64,000 nucleotides of DNA from an uncultured delta proteobacterium (lineage in GTDB: Bacteria > Desulfobacterota > Binatia > Bin18): assembly GCA_963733195.1 (NCBI GenBank), contig CAVTCR010000059.1:96001-160000 (forward strand), written 5' to 3'. The notes below the pieces were generated by a model. It saw only the letters and a list, made by a program, of their open reading frames with translations, was not told where the DNA came from and ran no database searches. Both the position numbers and the translations under genes were made by a program. This document shows positions 1-10,120 of the stretch, in pieces (position 1 is the first letter of the stretch; every line of letters begins with the position of its first letter).

Positions 1-435
1 ATTCCCGCTGAGCGTATTCGTTTGCATGTCTGTTGGGCGAACCTGGAATCACCGCATATTCATGATATCGCCCTGGAAAAGATTTTACCGATTCTCTATC
101 AAGCAAAGGTTGGTGCACTGTCAGTCGAACTTGCCAATCCACGCCATCAACACGAATACTCTGTATTCAAGCAATATCCGCTGCCAGACTCCATGCTGCT
201 GATTCCGGGAGTCATTGATCCGAAAACCAATTACGTTGAGCATCCGCAAGTCGTAGCCAATCGCATTATGCAGACAGTGGAGGCAGTCGGGGATCGGAGC
301 CGTGTCATTGCGGGAGTAGACTGTGGGTTCAGTACCGTCGCCGGATTAGAGGTGGTCGCGGAGAGTGTGGTCTGGGCAAAATTACGTACTATGCGCGAAG
401 GAGCGGACCTCGCCAGCGCGAGGTTGTGGAGGTGA
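1..435 (+). CDS. Cobalamin-independent methionine synthase II family protein, C-terminal part (truncated by window edge)
   Basis: Frame open from base 1; zinc-ligand motifs RLHVCWAN, SVE, PGVID and AGVDCGF; ends VVWAKL as in the MetE/Meth_synt_2 family. Confidence 0.85.
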   Translation: MPAERIRLHVCWANLESPHIHDIALEKILPILYQAKVGALSVELANPRHQHEYSVFKQYPLPDSMLLIPGVIDPKTNYVEHPQVVANRIMQTVEAVGDRSRVIAGVDCGFSTVAGLEVVAESVVWAKLRTMREGADLASARLWR

Positions 436-442
436 CATCCAC

Positions 443-473
443 GTAGGCCGGAATAAGCGTAGCGTTTCCGGCA
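443..473. repeat. GTAG-type REP palindrome
   Basis: GTAGGCCGGAATAAGCGTAGCGTTTCCGGCA resembles the enterobacterial REP consensus GTAGGCCGGATAAG..GCG..ATCCGGCA; lies 7 nt after a stop codon. Confidence 0.7.
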
Positions 474-519
474 TGGAGACTGGCCCTTTTTTCAAGGGCA
501 TGACGAAGACAACACGCCC

Positions 520-615
520 GTCATTCCGGGCGAGCAAGGCGAGACCCGGAATCCAGGAGTCATAACCACTGGCAAGTGCCCTTGTCCCCGGATGCCAGCT
601 TTCGTTGGCATGACG
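520..615. repeat. GTCATTCC..GGAATCCA palindromic element cluster (dRS3/RPE-like)
   Basis: GTCATTCCGGGCGAGCAAGGCGAGACCCGGAATCCAGG plus degenerate inverted partner GGATGCCAGCTTTCGTTGGCATGAC; near-identical copies at 2546-2583 and 9922-9957. Confidence 0.8.
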
Positions 616-620
616 GTAAT

Positions 621-1870
621 CTATTTCACAAAATTAAATTGACTGCTGGGTGCCTGCTGTTTGCGCACTGTGGCACTGAGCAGGAAAAACGCCACCCAGA
701 GCACTACTCCCAGTAGGCCACACAGTCCCCAGAGCGTGAGATACCCATACCGCCCGTAGACCCAGGTGCCACCAACGGGTGCCAGAACAAAAGCGACAGA
801 AAAGGCTGCGCTGAACAGGCCCATGTACTGTCCGCGATTTTCGACCGGACTTCGTCGAGCCACAAAGCCTTCCAGCAGCGGTGTCGTTAGCATTTCTCCG
901 CACGTCCATACTAATACTGTCACTGCCAGAGACCCTGGTGTCGTTCCCAGTGGCAACAGTGCAAACCCGGCACACAGAAGGAATGCCCCTACGCCGATTA
1001 CCCGTAATGTGTCAAAGCGCTCGACTACGTGCAGGATGGGCATCTGACACACCACGATCACCAACGTGTTCAAGGTGAAGACAAAGCCAATTGTGTAGGA
1101 GGGAAAGTGGTGTACGTCAGCCAATGTCAGGGGATATGCACCGAACAACTGAAAGAGCACGATGATCAAAAGTGCGGTGAGCACGAGAGTGGCAAGAAAG
1201 ACTCCATCATTCCAAGGAGATATCGATGGCATGCCGATTTCCGTTGTGGAGGAATCAGGCTGGTGCGGTGAAGGCACTGACGCGAGACTGGCGAGAGCAA
1301 ACCCCACAAGAGCCCTGCCGCCAATAACCCAACGCTCGCTTCGATCACAAAGAGCCAGCGATACGACCATGTCACCAGGAAACCGCCGAGAGCTGGCCCA
1401 ATAGACATGCCAAGATTCGTGCTCAGGCGTCGCAAGCCGAATGCCCGGACGTGCAAATGCGGTGGACTCATTTCTGCGAGCGCCGCTCCGTTGGCTGGGC
1501 GCATACTCTCGGATGCAATACTCCAGAGTATAACGGCGACCACTATGCTCAGGGGCGAATGCATTGCCCCGAGGCCTACCAATGCAACCGTCGCGAGGGA
1601 TAAACTCACTACCTGCGCTGTTACCGAACCGATGCGGTCACTGAGCCATCCACCGATATACGACCCGACGATGGCGCCGACGCCATAGAGACTGAGTACC
1701 CCACCTGCCTCCTGCACGGAGAAGCCCTGCCGTTGAGTCAAATACAAGGTCAGAAAGGGCAACACCATCGTGCCACTACGCTGGACAAAGGTGACCAGGC
1801 ACAGGAGCCATACTTCCCGTGGCAGGCCGATAAACAGTTGACTGTAAAATCTCCACATGCGATGACTCAC
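621..1870 (-). CDS. MFS transporter (one apparent frameshift near 1300)
   Basis: ORFs 1166..1870 and 621..1370 are the N- and C-halves of a 12-TM MFS; motif GGWLSDRIG; C-half ENRGQYMG. Confidence 0.85.
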
Positions 1871-1911
1871 AGCGAGCGTATCATGCTCACACTTTGCAAA
1901 AGGAGGGGGTT

Positions 1912-2451
1912 ATGGCGAAACAGATTCGTCGCATTGTCACCGGCCACAACGCTGCCGGAAAATCGATCATTGCTCAGGATGGTATGGCAACGAGTATTCT
2001 TGAACTGCCAGCAGCTCCAGGTTTGCGCGTAACCGATTTATGGGAGACTACGACCTCACCGGCTGATCTCTCTAGTGATGCTGATCCCGTTGCACGTCCC
2101 GTGCACCTTGAACCTGCCGCGACCGGGACGATCTGTCGAGTCGTCGAGTTTCCACCGGATGCGGTCATGAACAAAGGCGGGGATTCCCGCAAGATGTTCG
2201 ACTCATTAGGCGCGAGCCATACGATGGATACAAGCAGTACGACTCCGGGAATGCACAGAACTGCATCGGTTGATTACGCGATTGTTCTCTCAGGGGAGGT
2301 TTGGGCAGTAATGGATGAGGGAGAAACTCTCATGAAGGCTGGTGACGTGCTTATCCAACGCGGAACCAATCATGCGTGGAGTAATCGCTCGAATACCACG
2401 GCAATGATTGCGTTTATTCTGGTGGGCGCGACACTACGTGCGGCGAGATGA
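1912..2451 (+). CDS. Cupin domain protein
   Basis: IRRIVTGHN start; MHRTASVDY and GDVLIQRGTNHAWSN cupin motifs; RBS AGGAGG before ATG at 1912. Confidence 0.85.
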   Translation: MAKQIRRIVTGHNAAGKSIIAQDGMATSILELPAAPGLRVTDLWETTTSPADLSSDADPVARPVHLEPAATGTICRVVEFPPDAVMNKGGDSRKMFDSLGASHTMDTSSTTPGMHRTASVDYAIVLSGEVWAVMDEGETLMKAGDVLIQRGTNHAWSNRSNTTAMIAFILVGATLRAAR

Positions 2452-2502
2452 CACTAGGTCCGTCCTCGATTTTGCTTCATCAAGTCTACTTCCGCGTTAA
2501 AT

Positions 2503-2620
2503 CCTGGATTCCGGCTTCCGCTGGAATGACGAAGGCCACTTGCCCGTCATTCCGGGCGAGCAGCGCGAGACCCGGAATCCAGGAGCAGAAGACTGGATTC
2601 CCGCCTCCGCGGGAATGACA
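2503..2620. repeat. Three dRS3/RPE-like palindromic units between convergent genes
   Basis: CTGGATTCCGGCTTCCGCTGGAATGAC, GTCATTCCGGGCGAGCAGCGCGAGACCCGGAATCCAGG, CTGGATTCCCGCCTCCGCGGGAATGAC; the last contains ATTCCC-N8-GGGAAT at 2597-2616. Confidence 0.85.
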
Positions 2621-2673
2621 CTACTACTTCCCCGAGAATGGACATCCTCACTGCATGACAATTGAGATGAACC

Positions 2674-3831
2674 TTACGGCACCACAACCGGTCCCAGCTC
2701 TTTCAGTCGCGGGTAGACCTCTTTGGCAAACAGCTTCATGCCCTTGACCGTTTCCTCATGCTCAAGAAATCCTGCCTGACCCATAATCAAGAGGTGACCA
2801 AACCCACCTACATGTTTGTACATCTTCACAATCTGTTTATAGACCGAGTCAGGATTGCCAGCGAAAACCAGGCCATACTCCATAAACGATTCGAGTGAGG
2901 GATTCTGGAACAACTTAAAGATCCCTGCTCCACCGGGATTCTTCAGTGCGTTCACCGTTGCAGCGGTCGGATGATAGCCAGGCGGATTGGTAAACTGCGG
3001 TGGGACTTTATTCGATTCGACATACCACATCAGTTTACGCGCTCCTGCATAGCCTTCTTCGTCGGTCTCGCCGGTGTAGATGAGGGCCGCGTACGCAAAG
3101 CGATCTAATGCCGGCGCCGGCAAACCAAGCTCGGCACGACGCCCACGATAGGTATCAATCACCGCCTTCGTGCCGTCGAATCCGGTCAAGAAGCTGGCGA
3201 CCACATAGCCTTTCTCTGCCACTTGGCGCGCGCTCGAAGGAGTAACGGAAGTAATCCACACTGGCGGATGCGGCTCTTGATATGGTCGTGGCCAAATGTT
3301 CACTTGCCGATGATGAAAATACTTTCCTTCCCAATTGAACGGTCCGTCGTGGCTCGTCCACGCTTTAAGGATCAGATCATGCGCCTCCCAAAAGCGGTCC
3401 ATCATGTGGGTTGGGCGGTGATTCCCGGCGGACATCTCATACGGCACCCCGCGTACGAACCCAACCTCAAGGCGGCCACGTGAGTAAACATCAACCATTG
3501 CCATCTCTTCAGCCACACGCACCGGCTCACGACGATTAGCGATCGGATTGCCGAGAATGAGTAACCGAGCTTTTTTCGTCTCACGAGCAAGGATGCCCAT
3601 GATAATCGGCCCAGCAGGATTGAGATTGGTCGCAGTTTGGTGATGTTCGTTGACCATGATCTCCAGGCCGACATCTTCGGCAATCATCCACTCGTCGATA
3701 TAACGATGATACAGATCCGCGCCGATTTTAGGATCGTAGTAACGGTTTGGTAACGTCACACGAATCGAGTCATACTCTTTCGCATCGGGTAATAAATGAT
3801 AGGCATTTTCGCTAAAGTGCCAGGCTTGCAT
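2674..3831 (-). CDS. LLM class (luciferase-like) flavin-dependent oxidoreductase
   Basis: VNEHH, PVRVAEEMAMVDVYSRGRLEVGFVRG, IWPRPYQEPHPPVW, C-terminal LFAKEVYP. Confidence 0.9.
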   Translation of the reverse strand: MQAWHFSENAYHLLPDAKEYDSIRVTLPNRYYDPKIGADLYHRYIDEWMIAEDVGLEIMVNEHHQTATNLNPAGPIIMGILARETKKARLLILGNPIANRREPVRVAEEMAMVDVYSRGRLEVGFVRGVPYEMSAGNHRPTHMMDRFWEAHDLILKAWTSHDGPFNWEGKYFHHRQVNIWPRPYQEPHPPVWITSVTPSSARQVAEKGYVVASFLTGFDGTKAVIDTYRGRRAELGLPAPALDRFAYAALIYTGETDEEGYAGARKLMWYVESNKVPPQFTNPPGYHPTAATVNALKNPGGAGIFKLFQNPSLESFMEYGLVFAGNPDSVYKQIVKMYKHVGGFGHLLIMGQAGFLEHEETVKGMKLFAKEVYPRLKELGPVVVP

Positions 3832-3899
3832 GGGCAAAACTCCATCAGTGTTGAGTGGTTCGTGATACGTGGATGCTGCATAGACGTTTGTCTTTTGGT

Positions 3900-3927
3900 C
3901 ACGTAACACGTTTCACGCATCACGTCA
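3900..3927. repeat. Degenerate heptamer tandem array (CACGnnn x4)
   Basis: CACGTAA CACGTTT CACGCAT CACGTCA at a gene junction. Confidence 0.7.
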
Positions 3928-4713
3928 TTCAATAAACATCCGTATTTTCTCAATCACCGCCGCTGGTTGCTCAATGTGAGGCAAGTGCCCAGCGCGATCA
4001 ATTGTCTCTAATCGGGCGCCAGGAATCGCATCTCGGTACGCTACGCCGTAATAACCAGGAGTGACGAATTGGTCATTCGCTCCCCAGAGGAGCAACGTGG
4101 GTATGTCAATTCGGCGAAGTCGTCGTCGCAATTTCGGATTATGGAAGTATGGTTCCCACGCATAGAGTACAGTCGCTTCGCGATTCCGCGCCAGCGCGGC
4201 AAGCTGCTCTTCAGAAAACTTCGTGTAATCGACCGTTGCAAACGCAGGATCGTAATATTTCAGCCGGGTAACCTCATTCGGCGCAAGCGCAAAAATATCG
4301 GGGATGTCGCGAGTTTCACGATTGCCGACCTTAATGCCGACTGGTGCAACCAGGACCAACTTGGCGATACGCTCCGTCGATTTAACCGCCATTTCCGCCG
4401 CGATCCAACCGCCAAACGAGAAGCCCATGACAATCACATTTTGTAGATTCTGTGCCGCAAGAAAATCAAGATAGAGGTACGACAGGTCATCAACGGTGTC
4501 GATGAAATCGACTTCCGGTGAGTGACCAAAGCCGGGATGTGAAGGTACGATTACGTGACCAGAGTTTGCCAGAAGGTTGAGGAAAGGCGCTTGAGGGTCA
4601 AACCCATCTTCGCCATGAAGCAGGAGAATTGGCTGCCCTTGCCCGCGTTCGACCATTTCGAGTTGGACATCGTGAACGGTTATCCACCTCATTGCAGATG
4701 ATTCTTTACTCAT
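3925..4713 (-). CDS. Alpha/beta fold hydrolase
   Basis: LLLHG, HPGFGHS, nucleophile elbow GFSFGG, GANDQF, AGHLPHIEQP. Confidence 0.9.
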   Translation of the reverse strand: MSKESSAMRWITVHDVQLEMVERGQGQPILLLHGEDGFDPQAPFLNLLANSGHVIVPSHPGFGHSPEVDFIDTVDDLSYLYLDFLAAQNLQNVIVMGFSFGGWIAAEMAVKSTERIAKLVLVAPVGIKVGNRETRDIPDIFALAPNEVTRLKYYDPAFATVDYTKFSEEQLAALARNREATVLYAWEPYFHNPKLRRRLRRIDIPTLLLWGANDQFVTPGYYGVAYRDAIPGARLETIDRAGHLPHIEQPAAVIEKIRMFIE

Positions 4714-4776
4714 AAGCGTTGCTCGCTACCACGGTTGGGCTTGTTAGTCAGCCTCCCAGGACAGAAGAAGCTGAGG

Positions 4777-5211
4777 TTACGCCGCCTGGGGGTGACGATC
4801 CCGTCTGGTTTTTGTGCGAGAAGCCCGCTGCGGCAATACCGTATGCTGAGTTGTAGCGGCGGTCAGGATATGACAGATCAAAGCATTGAGGCTCAGTCCT
4901 TCCTCTTCTGCCCATTCTCGTAGAGAGGCATGAATCTCTGGCAGAAGGCGAACGTAAAATTGGCCTGAGAGCTTGCGACTCCAATTGTCGGGTTCTGGAA
5001 GCGCATGTTTATTGTCCGCACGTGCCGCAAGGGCATCCCATCCGCGCTCGATCACCTGACGAATTGCTCGAGCTGGGTCGCGTTCATCTATCCCGAGAAT
5101 CCCCTCTACCTTAGGTATACGTGCGATGTAGACTTCATCCTCCGCACTCCAAGCGACAGTCACGCGATAGGGAAACCGTTTAGTTTTTGCTTGGCTCGAT
5201 TTCTGTTTCAT
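4777..5211 (-). CDS. hicB: HicB-family antitoxin (RNase H-like N-terminus plus RHH)
   Basis: YRVTVAWSAEDEVYIARIP, ALPEP, SGQFYVRLLPEIHASLREWAEEEGLSLN; overlaps the upstream toxin gene. Confidence 0.85.
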   Translation of the reverse strand: MKQKSSQAKTKRFPYRVTVAWSAEDEVYIARIPKVEGILGIDERDPARAIRQVIERGWDALAARADNKHALPEPDNWSRKLSGQFYVRLLPEIHASLREWAEEEGLSLNALICHILTAATTQHTVLPQRASRTKTRRDRHPQAA

Positions 5212-5461
5212 CGTTCTCTACTAGTCCGTTTGTTTTCACCAACCGGACAAGTTCCTTAACGTAGGGAGGTTTGACATTTCCACGGGGATCAAAACCCCAC
5301 GTTAACCCTTTAGGATGGAAATACAATCGATGATCTCCTTTGCCCCGTTTCTTTTGTTCGACAAATCCAAGGAGCCGAGCAAGCTCATCAACTTCGGCGG
5401 CTGACCACCCCACGGGTTTATCGCGTGCTCGCTCCCAGAGCCGTCGCAGCCGTCGGGTCAT
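5180..5461 (-). CDS. hicA: HicA-family mRNA interferase toxin
   Basis: 93 aa, basic; LGF..RGKGDHRLYFHP (G-x-H motif) and VKPPYVKELVRLV; toxin-first order typical of hicAB. Confidence 0.75.
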   Translation of the reverse strand: MTRRLRRLWERARDKPVGWSAAEVDELARLLGFVEQKKRGKGDHRLYFHPKGLTWGFDPRGNVKPPYVKELVRLVKTNGLVENDETEIEPSKN

Positions 5462-5480
5462 GCGATTATATATAGTCGCA
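5461..5480 (-). promoter_or_regulatory. Palindromic operator / leaderless promoter of hicAB
   Basis: TGCGATTATATATAGTCGCA, a 20-bp near-perfect palindrome abutting the hicA ATG; minus strand reads TAGACG-N17-TATATA-N7-ATG. Confidence 0.6.
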
Positions 5481-5622
5481 CGACTAGGAGACGTCTAGAA
5501 GAAATTTTCACATAAGATGTGAGCACAGGGCGCGCTCCACACCTATAGAGTAAATTCTACCACAAACCCATCGGCCAATTCTTGGCCGCCGCCGATATAG
5601 TTGTCGTTGACATCGCAGACGA

Positions 5623-5992
5623 TCAAACGCTTGCCAAATTTGCGGGTGCTCCGGCCCACCCCTTTTTCGGCTGCGCGAGAATGAAGATTTGGCCTGTGTG
5701 TGGCGCGAAACTTTGAGGTGCACGATCAATCCCCGTCGGAGGAGGAATCTTTCCGACTGGCACAAGTGCGGACACTGCCCCATTCGTTTTCACGCAATAA
5801 AGCCCTCCACCGCCTTCTCCTTCTTCTCCACATCATATTAAGCCAGATGTCATCTCCTTCTCCGGCGATAGGAAAGAACGGATCGTAGAATGTTCCCTGC
5901 GGAACCAACACTCGTGCATTGTATCCAGTAGCAACGGTGAGTTGTGGTACCGCCATGTATGATGCTGCGATTGGATCGAGGGCTTGCGACAT
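5623..5992 (-). pseudogene. N-terminal remnant of an unknown (possibly beta-propeller) protein
   Basis: RBS GGAGG then MSQALDPIAASY..RVLVPQGTFYDP; after a frameshift continues GGGLYCVKTNGAVSALVPVGKIPPPTGIDRAP..GQIFILAQ and stops. Confidence 0.5.
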
Positions 5993-6168
5993 ATGAACCT
6001 CCAAAGGTCAGGTTTCTTTGCTGGTGCGTGTCACGTGTTATCCCCTGTCTACCTCATCAGAGAAAACTTCCCGTAGCATGCGCAATACGGTCTCGACTTG
6101 CAAGGCTCTGGGACTTTTCTTTCTGTGGATTTTCTGTAACAGGGTAGGACGCGAGGAGGAAGTGTTCG

Positions 6169-7398
6169 ATGATCCGAATGAATGAAAACTATCTAAAATT
6201 ACAAGCATCATATCTCTTTTCGGAGATAGCCAAACGTGTGAATGCCTACCAAGCAGAGAATCCAGAGAAGAAGATTATTCGTCTTGGTATCGGTGATGTC
6301 ACACGTGCATTACCGGCAGCCTGTATCACTGCCCTTCACAAGGCTGTTGATGAAATGGCAGTTGACGCGACCTTCCGTGGATACGGCCCTGAACAAGGAT
6401 ATGCATTCTTACGTGAAAAAATTGCTGAACATGATTTTCGTGCACGTGGCGCGGAGATTTCGCCCGAGGAAGTTTTCGTTAGTGATGGATCAAAATGTGA
6501 TGTCGGCAATTTCCAAGAACTCTTTGCCTTCGATACCCGCGTCGCGGTCCCTGACCCCGTGTACCCCGTCTATGTTGATACGAATGTGATGGCCGGACGT
6601 ACCTCGGCCTGGAAAGACGGGCGCTACGAAGGGCTTGTTTATCTTGAATCGACCGAAGCGAATGCTTATGTTCCGGCCCTGCCAAAAGAGAAGGTCGATG
6701 TCATCTACCTCTGTTTCCCCAACAATCCGACTGGTCGCACAGTCACCAAAGCGCAACTGCGACCGTGGGTTGAATATGCACGTGAAAACAAGGCGCTGAT
6801 CCTTTACGATGCGGCCTATGTCGCTTTCATTCGCGATGAATCATTACCGCAGAGCATCTATGAGATCGAGGGTGCGCAGGATGTCGCAGTAGAGTTCCGC
6901 AGTTTTTCTAAAACTGCGGGGTTTACCGGGACACGCTGTGCGTTCACTGTTATTCCCAAACAGTGCAAGATCTACGATTCGCAAGGGAATGGGCATTCAT
7001 TACATGCGATGTGGGATCGGCGTCATTCGACCAAATTCAATGGCGTTTCATATCCTATCCAGCGTGCTGCCGAAGCGGTCTATTTGCCGGAAGGGCAAAA
7101 ACAGATTCGTGAACTGAGCGATTATTACCTCGCTAACGCGGCATTGATCCGCAATACGCTGAGCAAAGCAGGTTTCAAATGCATCGGTGGTGATCATGCA
7201 CCATACGTGTGGGTCAAGGCTAACATGGATTCGTGGAAGTTTTTTGATCTGATACTGCAAAAAGCAAGTGTGGTGTGTACACCAGGTGCAGGGTTCGGCA
7301 AGTGTGGAGAAGGCTACATTCGTTTTAGTTCGTTCAATAGCCGCGAGAACGTTGAGACCGCATTGCAGCGAGTGTCGGAGGCGTTGAAGGGGTTGTAA
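6169..7398 (+). CDS. dapL: LL-diaminopimelate aminotransferase
   Basis: [63 protein letters not shown]. Confidence 0.96.
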   Translation: MIRMNENYLKLQASYLFSEIAKRVNAYQAENPEKKIIRLGIGDVTRALPAACITALHKAVDEMAVDATFRGYGPEQGYAFLREKIAEHDFRARGAEISPEEVFVSDGSKCDVGNFQELFAFDTRVAVPDPVYPVYVDTNVMAGRTSAWKDGRYEGLVYLESTEANAYVPALPKEKVDVIYLCFPNNPTGRTVTKAQLRPWVEYARENKALILYDAAYVAFIRDESLPQSIYEIEGAQDVAVEFRSFSKTAGFTGTRCAFTVIPKQCKIYDSQGNGHSLHAMWDRRHSTKFNGVSYPIQRAAEAVYLPEGQKQIRELSDYYLANAALIRNTLSKAGFKCIGGDHAPYVWVKANMDSWKFFDLILQKASVVCTPGAGFGKCGEGYIRFSSFNSRENVETALQRVSEALKGL

Positions 7399-7468
7399 CG
7401 AGCAGAAACTAATGCTGTAGGCGATATGCTGCAGGAGACTAAATACCAGGCTAAGTCTGAGAATTACC

Positions 7469-7565
7469 AATGAAGAGTGAAGAATGAAATGAAAGACAAA
7501 TGCAATGTTCATCGACGTCGCTCTGCTTCACCACTTCTACATTCTGAACTGCGTTCATTCTTCAT
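7469..7565. repeat. Inverted pair of degenerate heptamer arrays (AATGAAG / CTTCAT type)
   Basis: AATGAAG AGTGAAG AATGAAA at 7469, complementary CTTCACC..TTCTACA TTCTGAA..TTCATTCTTCAT downstream. Confidence 0.6.
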
Positions 7566-7576
7566 CAGCCTGTACG

Positions 7577-8792
7577 ATGACAACCCAATTCGACATCACC
7601 ATTATCGGAGGCGGAATTGTCGGCCTCGCCACTGCGTTGGAAATAACGCAGCGTTGGCCAAGTCTGAAGCTTGCTGTCCTAGAAAAAGAAGATCGTCTGG
7701 CCGCGCACCAAACCGGCCATAACAGCGGGGTTATTCACTCCGGGATCTATTACAAGCCAGGCTCACTCAAAGCTCAGACGTGCGTGACCGGTGCAAAAGC
7801 AATTGTCTCTTTTTGCCGACAATACGATATTCCGTATGAAATTTGCGGCAAAGTCGTAGTTGCAACCTCACACAGCTGAGCTGCCCCGTCTCGAAGAGTT
7901 GCACCGGCGCGGAACCGCCAATGGCGTTGAAGGAATAGAAATGATCGGCCCGGAGCGGCTGCGAGAACTTGAACCGCACGCGACTGGCATCAAAGCCCTG
8001 CACGTTCCCACAACCGGGATTATTGATTTCCCACGTGTTGCACAAACATACGCACGCCTCATTCAAGAAAAAGGCGGAGACATTCGCTTGCGACATGAAT
8101 TGCGTCGAATTGTTCATGCTGACGGTGGGCTTATCCTTGAGACTTCACAGGGCTCGATTCACAGCAAGTTCATGATCAATTGCGGTGGACTTCATTGCGA
8201 CCGCATTGCGCGCATGGCCGGTGCTCAGCCTGACCTACAAATCGTCCCGTTTCGCGGAGAATATTACACCGTCGCTCCGCAGCGACGCAGTCTGGTCAAG
8301 AATCTTATTTACCCGGTTCCTGACCCGGCCTTCCCTTTCCTTGGCGTCCATTTTACCCGCACAATCGATGGGTTCGTAGAAGCGGGGCCGAATGCCGTGC
8401 TAGCCTTCGCTCGCGAAGGCTACAAAAAAAGCGACTTTAACGCTCGTGATCTGCAAGAGACGTTGAGGTTCTCGGGTTTCCGGAAAATGGCGCGCAAATA
8501 TTGGCAAACAGGTATGGGCGAAATGTATCGATCCTTCAGCAAACATGCATTTCTGACAGCACTACAACGCTTGCTGCCAGAATTAACCCTGAATGACCTG
8601 CAACCTGGCGGCAGTGGTGTCCGAGCACAAGCGATTTCTTCCGAAGGGGTGCTTGTTGACGATTTTATGATTGATGTCACAGGAAGTGCCTTGCATGTCT
8701 TGAATGCGCCGTCTCCAGGAGCGACTGCGTCACTTGCGATTGGCAAGATGATCGTGGACAAAGCAGAAGAGGCGTTCGGGCTGGGAGGCTGA
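7577..8792 (+). CDS. lhgO: L-2-hydroxyglutarate oxidase (apparent frameshift near 7872)
   Basis: [77 protein letters not shown], split over two overlapping frames. Confidence 0.92.
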
Positions 8793-8817
8793 GAGTAAGA
8801 TGACGTGCGCCTTGTTA

Positions 8818-8963
8818 CCGGGGAATGAATTCCCCGGCTATCCTCATGCCATCACTACGCGATGTATTGGTATGCCGTAGCGCGGCAAATGAAGGTAGCC
8901 CGGTCTTTGAAGGCCGGGACTATAAGGACCATCACCATCCCACCGTCGCGGCGCGACGGTTGA
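8818..8963. repeat. Cluster of short palindromes (REP-like)
   Basis: CCGGGGAATGAATTCCCCGG, GTAGCCCGGTCTTTGAAGGCCGGG, ACCGTCGCGGCGCGACGGT. Confidence 0.6.
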
Positions 8964-8989
8964 TAGGGAACGTGAAAACGCACAGCGAG

Positions 8990-9033
8990 GTAGCCTGGAT
9001 ATCCCGGATTTTGCGACGCTTCATCGGGGCTAC
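8990..9033. repeat. GTAG REP doublet, left flank of vapBC
   Basis: GTAGCCTGGAT....GCTTCATCGGGGCTAC; related copy at 9808-9868. Confidence 0.65.
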
Positions 9034-9036
9034 AGG

Positions 9037-9441
9037 CTACCAGAGGACTTTCACCAGGCCGGATTCTTCAATATCGCCGTCCCGTGTGAGAAGGGGCAGA
9101 GCCATGCTCCTGGCTGCCGCACATATGAGTGCGTCAAACGGGTCATTATTCGGTCGTGCCTCGTCTGCCAAATAAACCTGTTCAGGGGTTAAATCCAGAG
9201 ACTGGTACGCCGGGTTACTGAAAAGGTCAGCAAAAAACTCCCGCACCGACCGATGGAGATTAATCCGACCGATGCGCACCAGCATACTGATTTCCCACAT
9301 CGCGGTGACCGGAACATAGAGCAGGGCTTGTTGCCGCTCACAGGCTTGAAAGTGCGTCCTGGCTTGTTTCCCCAAGCGTTTGCCACCGGCTGCATAAAAC
9401 ACTAAGGGGTGAGTATCGGTGACCGCAGCAGATTCAGCCAT
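9037..9441 (-). CDS. vapC: PIN-domain (VapC) toxin
   Basis: VTDTHPLVF, TAMWEI, NDPFDALICAAA, LLTRD: PIN acidic residues. Confidence 0.9.
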   Translation of the reverse strand: MAESAAVTDTHPLVFYAAGGKRLGKQARTHFQACERQQALLYVPVTAMWEISMLVRIGRINLHRSVREFFADLFSNPAYQSLDLTPEQVYLADEARPNNDPFDALICAAARSMALPLLTRDGDIEESGLVKVLW

Positions 9442-9769
9442 GTTTTTGCTTTCCCAGTGTAAGATGAGAAACTCTTCTCTTGGGGTGGGCTTTCTTGGTC
9501 GCCATCCGACGCCGGTGATGGGGAGCCATGGGAAAAAGCTCTCGGATGGCAGCGTCGGCTGTGGAAAGATCGGGATCCGATTCTGCAATCTGGATAGTTC
9601 CTACTACCGATCGAATGAGTGTACTCTTTTCCGTGCTCCCTGTTCGTGCTTCGTGGATCAACCGATCCAACGTTTCGCTGACGCTACGATAACCGGAAGA
9701 CACAGTCTGCGCTCGGAGCCATACGAGATTGCTGGGATCAAGGGTGACAGAAATGGCTTGTTTATTCAT
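9434..9769 (-). CDS. Putative RHH-type antitoxin
   Basis: KQAISVTLD..SVSETLDRLI strand-helix-helix N-terminus; 8-nt overlap with the PIN gene. Confidence 0.65.
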   Translation of the reverse strand: MNKQAISVTLDPSNLVWLRAQTVSSGYRSVSETLDRLIHEARTGSTEKSTLIRSVVGTIQIAESDPDLSTADAAIRELFPMAPHHRRRMATKKAHPKRRVSHLTLGKQKHG

Positions 9770-9788
9770 ACGATAAACATACGATAAA
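9767..9788 (-). promoter_or_regulatory. Tandem 11-bp operator overlapping antitoxin start
   Basis: CATACGATAAA CATACGATAAA perfect direct repeat; the first copy contains the start codon. Confidence 0.55.
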
Positions 9789-9807
9789 TAAAGAATCTAG
9801 TCGAGTA

Positions 9808-9957
9808 GTAGCCCGGATGAAATTCGGGGATTATGTTCCTAGATTACGCCTCGCTTCATCCTGGTTACGAGATTGTAACCTTCGTCACCTGCACTCCGGA
9901 ATGGCGAAGACCTCACACTCCGTCATTCCGGGCAAGCAACGCGAGACCCGGAATCCA
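9808..9957. repeat. GTAG REP doublet plus dRS3/RPE-like unit, right flank of vapBC
   Basis: GTAGCCCGGATGAAATTCGGG..GCTTCATCCTGGTTAC (9808-9868) and GTCATTCCGGGCAAGCAACGCGAGACCCGGAATCCA (9922-9957). Confidence 0.7.
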
Positions 9958-10120
9958 TTCTTGCCCTCCTGATGCCTTGCCTTCGGAAGGAGGTATTGGT
10001 ACGCCACAACGCAGCAAACGGAGGTATCCTGGCCTTTGAAGGTCGGGACAGCTAAGAGGGGATTCCTCTTTACGTTTCATGTTTTATTCTCTATCACTCA
10101 TTACTGCACAAGGAGTGTGT

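Noticed and set aside
8825-9175. 116-aa plus-strand ORF after lhgO
   Set aside because: Composed of palindromic repeats and antisense to vapC
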